A stretch of DNA of 59,114 bases, filler included, from Sphacelaria rigidula (taxonomy: Eukaryota): the NCBI GenBank assembly GCA_964200075.2. It is 6 parts of 6 records of this genome, joined end to end, with 100 filler letters (N's around TTAATTAATTAA, not from the genome) between each part and the next. Parts side by side here need not be neighbours in the genome. Positions count along the whole stretch, not along the records: positions 19,741 to 29,509 come from CAXNAA020007801.1; positions 29,610 to 39,378 come from CAXNAA020007802.1; 4 more parts are not named here. One strand, 5' to 3'. A model generated the notes under the pieces. It worked only from the letters and a program-made list of their open reading frames with translations. It had not been told where the DNA came from and did not search any database. Below, piece by piece: positions 23,398 to 35,161 of this stretch; the stretch's first letter is position 1, and each line of letters begins with the position of its first letter. Both the position numbers and the translations under genes were made by a program.

Positions 23398-24915
23398 CTG
23401 TGTGCCCGCGCCGTCGAGGGGCCATGTCACGACAGGCAATGACATCACCATCCCAACCAACGCGGGAAACAAGGAACATGAAAATTAGCGGAACACGAAT
23501 GTGAGGGCGTTCGACAGTGGACGGAGGGCGCGGTGCCGAATATACGAAGTATATCTCCATGTCAAGTACATGTGGAGCAACATGATGCGAAAAAAAAAGA
23601 GGTAGAAACGGCTAGCGCTTTGCGACAAGGGGCGGCATCACGGAAAGTGTCTTGAGAAGTGAACGAATATACAGACGAAACAGCTGGTTTGCACACCTTT
23701 TTGTCCAGAAAAACACACCGAACGAACCAAACGTGCTAAGATTGATAACGTCTATTATGGAACAGCATGCAGATACTTCGTATCATTCTACGGGTATTTT
23801 CCGACATACAAAACTTCGATTCACTCGAAAAATGTGGATTCAATCGATGTGCTGTAATGCGAAGAAATATCTCAGCCGCAATCTCTAAGCCGAACCTGTG
23901 CTGTTCTACGTCGAAACCTACGCCCACTACGATCTGTCGATGACCTGTCGAATTCGCCGCGAGGCGATGGGAGACTCCATGTGCGCGAGCAAACAGCAAC
24001 ACAGCACGGCTGAACCCTACTGTAAAATACCATGGTGCACGGTATGGGAGCGTTGACAGCGCAAAAACATTGAGGAAAACCGTATAGCACCGATGCTGGT
24101 TGGATTTGACACGCGGGTCGGCAGTAAATAGATCAGGTTCTCCTCCGCCGCTAGATAAGACATACCGCACATGAATCAATTCGCCTCGTATCCAGCTGTG
24201 CCCCATGATTTTTGTACTGATTGATTGATTGATTGATTGCCGTGCATTCACATACACTGATGCCCGGATCCAGCCCCGTTCACATGGAAGACGTCCCTTG
24301 TATAACTTGAAAAGGGTATTGTAGAGACCAAACGCAAAATCCGCTATAGCAAAGGGAACTCGAAATGAGAAACACAGACAGGAAAAAAACGAACCGAGGA
24401 AACTAATCAAGACCAACGGAGGCAAACAGACTTGAGTCAAAGGTAAATCCATGTGTTTAACTCGCTCACAGATCGTCTAGGAAACAAATATGGTATGTAT
24501 TGATCGACTGATACTGCACGAACTCGGCCGTTGTGGCCACTATACACGAAATAGGCGTGACCAAGAGAGAACCAGACCGTGAAACATCCCACGAAAAAAA
24601 GGCGGGAAAAAAAAGGCAAAAAAAAAAAAAAAGACTTCAGCACAACAGAGACTTTCGGAAACCAAATGTTTGAGGCCAAAAACTCAGGGATGATTTGCGT
24701 CTTCTCACCAAAATTCAATCAAACGATGATCATCCCTGAGTTTTTCTGGCCTGTTTTTGTTTTCCGAAAAACTCTTTCACAAAAAAACGCGATGAAATAT
24801 TCATGACAACCTGAATGGCGGGCCAAGAACGCCCAGAGAAAACGACAAACACAGGAGATACCACAAAGTAAACTCCCACCCCAAAACCGAAAACAATTGT
24901 AACGCATGTGCATAC

Positions 24916-25032
24916 CTTGCGCGCGACGTTGTGCGAAAGTACAGTGGAAATCGCGAGAATAGCTCCATCCGAAGTGGACATGGATGCGGCCGTGATACCG
25001 ATCAGCACCCAGCATCCCACCCATGTAGGCAT
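24916..25032 (-). CDS. SSS transporter exon 3 (MPTWVGCWVLIGITAASMSTSDGAILAISTVLSHNVARK)
   Basis: AAxMSTxD...S...N is the conserved SSS-family helix motif. CAG acceptor and GTATG donor. Confidence 0.92.
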
Positions 25033-25293
25033 CTGCTCGAAATTTTCATTCCATCGCACCCCATCACGAACGGTTCCAGGACACGAGCAAAAACCATATC
25101 AAGGGATGAACAATTGACCCTCAGCGGAGGGGGGGGAAAGGGGACACTGATACAGGTGTAGATAGATTTCTTGTTTCGGATTGCTCTGATGAACTTTCAA
25201 AAAATGAAGCAGCAGCAATAACAGCAGCAGCAGCAGCAGCGACAACAAACAGCGGCATATCATAACGGAACGAAGATGGAGACGCAAACACAC

Positions 25294-25536
25294 CTCCTTG
25301 GTGGCGAGCTTGAAAAACGCGTCCGGATCAGGCTCCCACGCAGCGCAGGCAGACAAATCCAAAAATTTCGAGCACGTGTCTACGGTAAAGCTGGCGAATT
25401 GACTGTCCGGGCCGTAGCCTTGACGCATGTAGCCTCCTAGGAAAGAGAACGTGATTCCCACGATGAAGGTAAGGCCGGCAGCGATCAAGTTTCCCATAGT
25501 GGCGATCTTAGGCGTGCGGGCAGCCATGCAACGAGC
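25294..25536 (-). CDS. SSS transporter exon 2 (ARCMAARTPKIATMGNLIAAGLTF...AFFKLATKE)
   Basis: GGCAG acceptor and GTGTG donor, 81 codons. FQ-ARCMAA matches the FQRxLA motif of SLC5A7-like transporters. Confidence 0.9.
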
Positions 25537-26589
25537 CTGCCGTAACCATTGAACGAGGCAGCGGTGAGATTGGGAAGGAGAGGGGGTTAGGGTGCTGCGT
25601 GAGGGCTAGAGGTGAAACGAAACATGGAACGTGATGGCATGAAACACGGACAGTATTCCTTTCTGCGTTGCTTGTTTCGTTTTTCTGTTTCTTTCTTTTC
25701 TTCTTCTTCTTTTTTATTATTCTGTTCTATTTTTGCTGCTCCTGACCATGGGCTGGATTGTTGCAATCAGCTAATGTGAGATAATCAATCAATCAATCAG
25801 TATACAAGTACGAGCACCACTTGCGGTATACGCACGCATCGAATAACCAATACAAATACCTCGGTGACCGACGACAACATTTTTTTTCTTCTAAAAACGA
25901 ACAAGGTACGTGCGCTTTTGACACATTTGACATGCTTGATGGGGCATCATACACGATACCAAAAGTGCAAAGCCAGGACCTGCAGTACGGTGTGAAGCGT
26001 AGCGTAGCGAAGCACGGTGTTTCATAGCGCCCGAACGTGTAATCTCGAACAAGCTTCACGCACAAATTTCGCTATATATGTGCAGTGTTTGATCAAAAGG
26101 GTTTTCATGAACAAGATTAATATCGATGGCCAAATAAGTTGCCAAACTGATCGGGACGGGAGGGGACGGGGTAGATGGGTCATATTTTCACGATTCATAT
26201 TTTCCATGCCAACTGTTACCGAAGACTCGGTAGGGTGGTGATCACCCTGGGAGATGAGAAACCCTTGGAATTTCGATGTTCGCGTGCATCCGGCGACAGC
26301 GACGCCAAAATATGTATCGTTGGGAACATGTCGCCGGGGGGGCAGTTAGGTGGAGAGAATACCCTCGCGGGAGACAGCGGGGTCTTGTTTACAGTTTATG
26401 CGGAGAAACCGACAAGGTATTCCGATCGCCCCGAGTAGCATACTCCGTTTTACCTACATTGGATCATCGATCATGCCTCTTCGAAAGAACGGAACATCGA
26501 TGTCACGCAGTGGGATCCTTTTCTGATGAACACTTGAGCACTAGAGTCACAGAGAACAACTCCCCCTCCCCGTCCCCCCCCTGCCTGGC

Positions 26590-26665
26590 GGTGCTCCGTC
26601 TCGAAAGGGATGCGTGGTCAATGGTCAAATGACTAAGGCAAGCAACAAATGAGTACGCCCCCCCT
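26590..26665 (+). mobile_element. Solo LINE 3' end (~75 bp)
   Basis: Matches the LINE terminus at 36990-37064, ending ATGAGTACG-CCCCCC. Confidence 0.8.
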
Positions 26666-27366
26666 GCCTGGTCCAACCCTCGATGGTGAAGTGCACTGCC
26701 AGGTGCATCGGGGGAGAAATTAGGTGATCCATTGACGATTCCGGAGGAGGGGGGAAGGGGTGAAGAGTAATGGATGAATAAGTGAAGTGAAAATAGACTT
26801 CACTTTTGCTGTCAAGACTGGCTAGTTGTGTCCTCAAAGATGGTAACATGGTGTTCAGGTCATGTGAGGCCAACTCTTGACTTCATTCTCGGGAAACAAC
26901 ACGGGAACACTATGGCTACACACATCGTCAAACTTGAGCAAAGTCCGGAACAACTCGTATATCTGGTGGGCGACAATCGCCACGAACCGCGTCTGTGGTC
27001 ATCGTGAGCTGCGGTCACAAAGGGCCGACTTTGGAGTTCTGGTAGCTGGACAGTTGATGGACCTTATTACATGGCTGGAAATGTGCTGCAAGAATGTCCG
27101 TAGGATCGGAAACATATAACGATGCATCGTGTTTGATCAAACCGGTTGTGCCGAAATGGTGTGACGATGTCTCTTGTTCAAAAAGATGACCAATTTTATT
27201 ATTATTATTATTATTATTATTAATTTGTGGCACTTCCTTTGGACGAGTCCGTGGTCTAAAGTAACCAACCCGTCTCTCCCCGATACACGCCTTGCATTTT
27301 GGTGTGGCGGATTGGATAAAACAAAGAACAAGACGAACAAGGAGTGGCTGGCGCAGCTGGACTCAC

Positions 27367-27486
27367 CTGGAAGTCGAGAGCGGCAAGGTTTCCGAAACCA
27401 AGCACGAAGATGGTGGCCCAGTTGAAGAGGATGGCGTTGGGGAAGGGACCGTACGCGTCAATATCCATCATGCCATCGTTGAATAC
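27367..27486 (-). CDS. SSS / high-affinity choline transporter-like, first exon in window (VFNDGMMDIDAYGPFPNAILFNWATIFVLGFGNLAALDFQ)
   Basis: TGCAG acceptor and GTGAGT donor. W...LGFG....DFQ motif. The 5' exons lie outside the contig or were not found. Confidence 0.9.
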
Positions 27487-27923
27487 CTGCAAGCGTGGTA
27501 ACGCCGCACAGTTACCGTAAGTATTGATGGCATGACGAGTACCCACCGTGACTCACTATAATCATCATCCCGTCGTTCAACATTTGAACTGAGAGTTCTA
27601 GAGGATGCCACTGGCATCAAGATCCATGACTTTACCGTCAAATACACCCAGGCATTCTGGTCGTCACTATCACCATTAGCCAGTCATTCAACACCTGGGC
27701 GGAGCGTGTTGAGGTGTCATGCTTCTGGACGTTTCAGGCACTGCACTGACCTCGACGCGCTCGTGTATCCTCAGTACTGTTATGCTACAGGAAAACTCGC
27801 ATGAAATCGTTCAAGTCCTTTCTTTAGCTACTGAGTACTGTCCTCATTTTTGAGCAAGTTCGTGCGTACCGATGTCAATTTCTGCGATTTACTTGGACGC
27901 ACGGATGCCCCTGCAGCGGTCTC

Positions 27924-28171
27924 ATGCTACGGTAGGGATCCACAAATATTTTCCGCGGTTAGAATTGTTGGGAGCCCTTTATCTCACCCAGAACACGACT
28001 TATAGGACATGTGAGAGTATGCCAGGTCCACTGTTGCAATGTGCTAGGGGGATATCCTGAATGAACTTGCGAACCGCGATGCCCTGACCCATACTCTTGT
28101 GTATCTCGAATCGTTGGGAGCCTGTGAATCAGCCAAGATTCTGCGCAAAAAGCGCACCCCTACCGTAGCAT
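27924..28171. mobile_element. MITE with ATGCTACGGTAG TIRs (uninterrupted reference copy)
   Basis: ATGCTACGGTAGGG ... CCCTACCGTAGCAT. Interrupted copies at ~10245-11460 and 50682-51400. Confidence 0.8.
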
Positions 28172-29266
28172 CGCTCAGTAATACAACGATGTCGAACGTT
28201 ATTCGTGGGATGGCCAGGATAGTCAGTAAAATACACCATGTCAGGATAAGGTACAGTAGTGGCATGCCTGCTTGAGTTCCGGGTACTACACGGGATGACT
28301 TAATACCGTGATGGTAGTGACTGGACATACGTGAGTACGTGTGTTTACCGTCTTGATATCTGGAGCCTACGAGCTCAGTCTCTTTCCTTTCCATCCAACA
28401 ACGTTATATATACATTTTGCCATATCCTGATCGGCAGTCAGCCGTGTCCACTGATCGACTATCGCAGTCATGTCTGCACCCATCCTCTCAAGGGGATCAC
28501 GAAGCTACGAACAAACGTTTACAGAGATATCTTGCATCGAACTTTTGAGTACCACATGGGACTCTCGAGTACACTATCGGATCTCCATACAGCAGGGCAG
28601 CTCGCGCCATACTACATCGTCGAAAAAGAAAAAAAACATTATGATACGGTAGCGTAATGGGGAAGTTCCAAAGGACCACCTCCCGCGGTTGAAAGGTCGA
28701 CATGTTAAAACAGTCGTGGGGGGAAAAGGTTGAATGAATAGTGAGTAAGTCGTGCAAGCTGAACGTGGCAAGTACTGCCTCGAGTGAAAAGCGCCCGGCC
28801 TACTTCGTGCAACACTCCTAGAGTTACTGTCAGCAAAACAAAATCTGACTCACAATCAAATCTCTCCCGTCGCTCGCCATCTCTATCCCCACACCAAGTC
28901 ACTGGTTGGTATACGCCAAGGGTGTAACTTTAATAAGTCATTTTGCGGCGGACCCAGCGTCTAAACGACGTCTCTCACGTCACCGAGTGTCTCGCTTCAA
29001 ACGATTCAGCACATGATGCCAACAGTGTCTACAGCCCTCTTCAAGAAACCTCCATCCCTTCCCCCTCCCCCCCACCAGACAGTGAAGAAGTGTTGGAGAT
29101 CGTGAATCGGACAGTCGATCTGATCTTCGATTAATCGCCGATTTTCCAATATCGAGATCGAGACTGTTTTGGCCACGATTCCGATTCCGGTTCTGAATCG
29201 AGATCGAAGATCGAAGATCGGAGATCGCGATTCCGATCTTTTTACTCACGAAGCCCCCCGGAGGTA

Positions 29267-29509
29267 CGAGCTGGGCCAGCCTAGAGGCGGATTTGAAGCT
29301 TGCAGGCCCATGCATAAGGCATAAAAAAAATCACTTCGGTACCAAAAGTTTTCTTCTTCTTCTTCATGAGTCAGGGGCATTTTACTGATACCTGAAAACC
29401 GATATTTTGCCCTTAACTCATGAAAAAAAAAAACACTTTTGGTACTCCAGCAATTTTTTTTTATGCCCTATGCACTGTCCATAACAAATTTCATGGTCTA
29501 ACTCTTATT
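29267..29509. mobile_element. Left end of a CGAGCTGGGCCAGC-family element, cut by contig end
   Basis: TA-CGAGCTGGGCCAGCCTA, inserted next to a GATC-rich repeat (29090-29240). Confidence 0.65.
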
Positions 29510-29609
29510 NNNNNNNNNNNNNNNNNNNNNNNNNNNNNNNNNNNNNNNNNNNNTTAATTAATTAANNNNNNNNNNNNNNNNNNNNNNNNNNNNNNNNNNN
29601 NNNNNNNNN
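29510..29609. other. Artificial contig linker
   Basis: N44-TTAATTAATTAA-N44. Confidence 0.98.
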
Positions 29610-30399
29610 TGCTCGCCATTTTCCCCGCAGTAATCGGACAAGTTGGTGCTATTTTCCTCTCAGGCGAGGAAAAAATGTATCATGGGTTTTTCTCGTCTAC
29701 GGAGGGCATGGTGGACCGAGCACATGAGCCGCAGTTTCCGCTTCACACGGTTTGCTTGTTATCAACGGTAGGAACACGGAATTGTCGGGTCGGCATGGTT
29801 CCTTGTCACCGCCTTAGTGAGGCCCAATCTTGACGAAATATGGGGATATATTTAGAAAATATCTCCATCAAGCAGTTCTGAAACCACAAGGATGAAACAA
29901 AAGTTTGATGTGGAATGTGTTACCAAGTTGTTGACGATTGCACAATCCGTTCTAAATCGTGAAACCCCCATGTCATCACGAAGCTACTCCAATCATGATG
30001 TACAATGACAGGGTACCCTGCCGGTCGGGTACCTTTCTAAAAAATTGGATGCTCACCATCGTCACTTTTTCCTTTAATATAGAAAACGTTTGCGCTCCGG
30101 ACTCCAAAGATGGGATTTTTATCGGTTCCGAATGTTTTCCAACCGGTTGTTTGGCTGTATATCATGAAATGGTTGCACATAAAAACGACATGCTGTTGTC
30201 AGGAGGCTGGTTCAGGTGTACGGTAACCGTTAATTATGTCGATTGTCACACCAAGGAAAGTTCCGAGTCGGAAGTTGACCCGTAGACGACGAGAGTCGGT
30301 CATCGGTTCAATCGGCATCAACTTCACTTGAGAACGGTATGCGTGATTCAGATGGACTACCCTCGCGGTCCAAGGGTTAACCCTTAGCTCGTGATTCGG

Positions 30400-30605
30400 G
30401 TGTGTGTGTTGTCGTCCCATTTTTTTTTGGTACTCCATCTTCCTTCTGCGGCGCTTGCCTTTCCTTTTTCATCGCGAGAGGGGATTGACGGTCTTTTTCA
30501 CTCGTCGACGATCAAGTCGAACTCTGTGTACCCACGATATAGTCGCTATCCACTGTTTGCCATGGTGTGAGACAAAATCCCAGATCGCCTCGAGATTTGA
30601 ACCGT
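30400..30605 (-). mobile_element. SINE family 1, internally deleted copy
   Basis: GTGTGTGTTGTCGTCCCAT tail, CTTCCTTCTGCGG body and a GATTTGAACC B-box remnant. Confidence 0.6.
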
Positions 30606-30744
30606 AGTATATTTGGATCACGCATACTTTCTTCCAGTGAAAATTGATGCCGATTCACCAGGTGACCTACCCTCGAGGTCTATCGAAAAAAGACGTGGAG
30701 AAATGTTGGGAGATAATGTTTGATGGGGAACATCATTGAATGTT

Positions 30745-31005
30745 ACAGACTAACACTAACACTAACCCCGACCCAAGGCGCGCGAGACCCTCGGGCGAGG
30801 AAGGTTTATAGTTTCCCCTAGGCACAGTATGCGTTGGCAGACTTCGAATCGTCGCGGCAGGCTCCGATTTCGACAAAAACGCGTTCTGGACGAGCTGGGT
30901 CCACTGCTCACCTGCCCCAAACCATTTTTTCGAACTTTATCAACTCTAAAATCGAGTAGTCTTCCCTGTCAACCATTGTCTACGAACCTTTCATCAGGTC
31001 TACTG
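30745..31005. mobile_element. Telomere-like-repeat TIR element (copy 2)
   Basis: CTAACA/CTAACC repeats followed by the same body as 16340-16580. Confidence 0.65.
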
Positions 31006-34000
31006 CTGTAAGAGTCAACATGCCTCTTATTAAGCTAGAAACCAACGTGTCATGTAACAATTTAAACGGTGGATGTCACGCTGGTCGGGAAAAGATGTCA
31101 CTCTCGTTTGGATCTTCGATTCTCAATTTCACGACAACATTGGTACCCGTAAAAACTCACCGGTTTCCAGTGGGCGGTGGAAGTCTGGTCAGCCATTTCC
31201 CGGAAATTTCCGACATGAGGTGTTAAAGGCGTCTGATCAAGGGAAGAGGTGGACAATGCATGACGCAAACCTCAAGGCCTACTGCACTCACGAAACAAAC
31301 ACCTCACCAATCATCGATCAAATGTCCTACGCGAAGGAGCACCAAGCGGTACGTAGACTTCATGGGATCTTAAAGGATGAATGCTGGTACAAAGTGTGGG
31401 GGAATCGTTGGCCAAGCTTTCGGCAGCGAAGGTCTTACCGGAAGCATCAGTGGAGTAGCGACCCGTGGTGCATCGTACACGGAGTGGGAAGGAATGATGT
31501 ACGGGGCATTCCGATGTAAGTGAAGACCTTACTGTGTCGTGCAAGCCGTCTTTGAACCTCACACGGTGAAAATGACCTCTCTGGAGTAAAGTAACCAGTA
31601 CAGCAGCGGGGCAAGAAGATAGAAGATACGATCGTGGGACGCCTGGATGGTTCACCATGAAGACTGCCTGGCGCAAACGTGAGGTGCTTGTGTCAAAGGC
31701 GTTGAACTTGGCTTGAGGCTACGAGCCCGTGTTGGAGGCATTATTTAGTGTCGGAGAGCCATAAAAAAAACTGAAAGGGACCAGACCCCCAAGGAGCACT
31801 AGGGTTGGGATATCCGAGTACCTTGACTACATCCCACCATAATACCAAAAACGAATAAGCTGGAGATACTCTTGAAAGAGATCGAAAGAGAGACGGTAAG
31901 GGAGGTCGGATGGAGAAGGAAAGAGTGGACGGGTAAAGTACTAGTAGTGGTGGTATTCGGAGTCCGTAACGATATGACGAGAATAGAGGTTAAAATGAAA
32001 TGCGGCGAAGTTGCACTGTACTGTTTGGCAAGAGGAAAAGTAGAAAGGGAGGGAGAGGACTTCCGAGTCATGCTAAAACAGAGCGCGAGCAAGAAGTGGG
32101 AAAGGATGGAGACAAGTGCGGTGTCGGCATGGGTTAGAGGGGCAGGATGGAGAAAATGCATAACTAATGGAACAGTAAACCTAAGATGTAGTCCACGGGT
32201 GAAGGGAGAGAAGGACACGCAGGAACAAGTAAGTGCCCGGAAAGGGAAGGGGAGGGGGGATAGCGGCCCGAGGCAGCTAGACAAAGATCAAACCGGAAAC
32301 AGGAAGAACAATCAAGCAAGAGAAAGTAGAAGTAAAGGCGGCGGGGCGAGAACAGTCGACAAAATGAGAGTGGAAAATGATTCAGGAAGCAAGTTGAGAA
32401 TGGGATCGTGGATTGTGTGTGGATTCGCCATTGACAAGCGCAAAAGAATAAAGATGGCCCAACAACTAAGTAACCGCGACCTGGGTAGAGCGAAATCCAA
32501 GAATTGTGAGAGAAAGAGGGGGCGGAAATAGGATGCAAAGTTGAAAAGTACGCATGGATAGGGGGAAAGCGGAAGGGACAGAACCCCAAGAGCAGGGGAG
32601 CGGGGAAGTGAGATTCTTAGTCAAGGAATACCGGTGTGACACGATTGGAGTGATCGAAGACACGAAATTCGACAAGAGCGAATGGATAAGGGTACCAGGA
32701 GAGCGGGCAGCGAAGGACTTCTCCGTAGGATACATCTATATGCCCCCAGAATCAAAGAGTAGGGTGAACGGTATACAGCGGAGGTCTGGAGAGATGGCAG
32801 CAGATGTACATAAGTATAAAAGGCAAGGAGAAGTAATGTTGGTGGGAGATTTCAATGCAAGGGTTGGAGAAGCAGTTCAACCGGATGACATTATTGTTCA
32901 ATACGGGGAAGGTAAGAAGAACACCAATGGGGTAGAAATGCCGAAGTTCCTTGAGAATGACGAGATGAAGACACTGAACGATAGAGGACAAAGGCCAGAG
33001 GCGCAATGGACATGGACTAGGAAACGCAAATACGAGAGAGAACGCTCCGTTCTTGAATACATGGTGGTACGAGTAGAGCATGGAAATAGTAAAGAAATGA
33101 AAGTACGTGTATGCGCGGAGGACGTGAGGACTACAGACCATTGCCTGATATGGACAGAAAGTCAACAGACGAGAGCTAAAAGAAGTAGGCGGGGTAAGAA
33201 GTTGTACAAATGGAGGATCGATAAGCTAGAAATGGAAGGAAAGCAGCAAGAGTTCCAAGAAGAGATGACCCAAAATGCAGGGAAATTCTCCCTCTTGGAA
33301 CACGTAGGTACAGTCGATACCGAAATGGAAGGGGATTGGGCAAGAGCGAAGATTATAGAAGGATAGGATCATTTGGTCAAGGACACAGCGAGTGAAGACA
33401 CAGGGAAGAAACTGATCGTATGCAACAGAGCAGTCAAATGGTGGGATGAGGTGGTGAAAGAGGCTATGAAGGTAAGGAGAGAGGCCCACGCGAGATGCGT
33501 ATCGGGTGCAACTACGGTAGGATGGGAGGGATATGCTATAGCTCGAAAGGAAGTAAAAAGGATGGTAGAGAAGAAACAAGGGGGAGTACGGGAAGATGTA
33601 GTGAATAAAAGACGAGAATATTTCGATGGCGGGACGAAACAAATGTGGGTAGGAATCGAAGGGATGATGGGAAACCAGGCAGGAAATGTAGACAAGGGGA
33701 CAGGCACACTACGGACACAGAATGGTAAAATGGTTAGTAGTTCGAAGGGGTAGAGAGAAGTGCTAGTAGAGCACTGCTGTAAACTAGGAGCACCAAAAAC
33801 TAACACGAAATTCGATACGAAAATCGAGAAAGAAATCAACGCGTGAGCGGAGGAAAATGTAGAGACGTCACAACGGGAGGATAGTAGATCCGAAGAATTG
33901 CAGGGAGGGCTTCCAGAGATGAAGTAAAGGAGCGTGTGTAGATGAACTCAAGAACAGAAAGGCAGCAGGCGCAGACGGAATGGTGAGTGAATTGCTGAAG

Positions 34001-34095
34001 TACTGGGGAGAGGGAATGATTCCCATGATGATCAGCTGCATACCACGATAAAGGAAAACGGGTACACACCCAAGAGGTAGAGAGAAGGAGTAGTA

Positions 34096-35161
34096 CGAGG
34101 TGGGCCAGCTGACAGTGATTTTTTAATGAAGAATGGCGATGCGGTTGGTAATTCGAAGGTTTAGGGGCTGAAATTTTGACAAGACATTTTCACTATCAAC
34201 CCACTCAACCCTATTGGTGGTGCAGGAGAGGAAAACAAGAACATGAAGTTCGAGCGAGTTAAAAAGTTTTCAGCAAAAACAGGGGATTGAACCCCCACGG
34301 CTAACTTTTGTGACGGTTTAAGAGACAACCAACTAGACTACTGACAAGTCAGCGCTGACTGGTCAGTAGTCTAGTTGGTTGTCTCTTAAACCGTCACAGG
34401 ACTCGCGCCCGGGACATCCACCTGGTGAAGTTTCGGCCAAACATACCTGAAATTGGGCGTCGCATCGTACTTTTCGTGTGACACGGCTGCGCCCCTCTAA
34501 TTCGAATGGTACAGGAGACTCCAGTTATGGAGGTCATGAAGTCGAATCCCGATGGATAATCCCGTTTTTCATCCGTCGTTGAGGTCATATATTAGAGAGT
34601 TCCGGTAAACGCTTTCTCCTCATTCCACAGTGCTAATATCTCAGGATCAGAGTGTAACGAAAGATCATTTTCCCCTCCGTCAAACGTGGTATCCCCTTCG
34701 CGTTTTTTCGATGGGCTTTTCTTTTTTATTCTGTACTCTGATCCTGAAGTATTTGCACTCTGGAATGACAAAAAAGCGTATTCCGAAACTTTCTACTTTT
34801 TAGCACATTTTTTCCATTTTTTTCCTCATTCAGCAATTTGTTTTTCTTGTTTCGCGTTTGTGTGAATCGTTTCTGGGTCCGATTTATTTGATTATTTCTC
34901 TTTGACCCTCGCTTGGGGTGGTTAGCCTGTGACCACGGAAGGTGTCCACATCAGATGCCCAGTACAGAGTACTACGCAGTTATCGGAATGGTTTTTAATG
35001 TGAAGACAACAACAACAACAACAGCAACATTCAGCGGCGGTGCCGTGTGCTACTAGGTCGGTCTGCAGTTCACAGCGGCATGCTCAAGTCGCGCTGCTTT
35101 GAGAAACTTCAGAAGTTGTGGTGTGGAAAGCGAATGCGGGATTTACTGCTGGCCCAGCTCG
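34096..35161. mobile_element. Non-autonomous Tc1/mariner-type element inserted in the LINE RT
   Basis: TA-CGAGGTGGGCCAGC ... GCTGGCCCAGCTCG-TA. Removing it restores GVVVNIFKKGDK in the LINE. Confidence 0.9.
34309..34398. repeat. 90-bp spacerless palindrome with one mismatch
   Basis: TGTGACGGTTTAAGAGACAACCAACTAGACTACTGACaAGTCAGC|GCTGACTgGTCAGTAGTCTAGTTGGTTGTCTCTTAAACCGTCACA. Confidence 0.95.
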
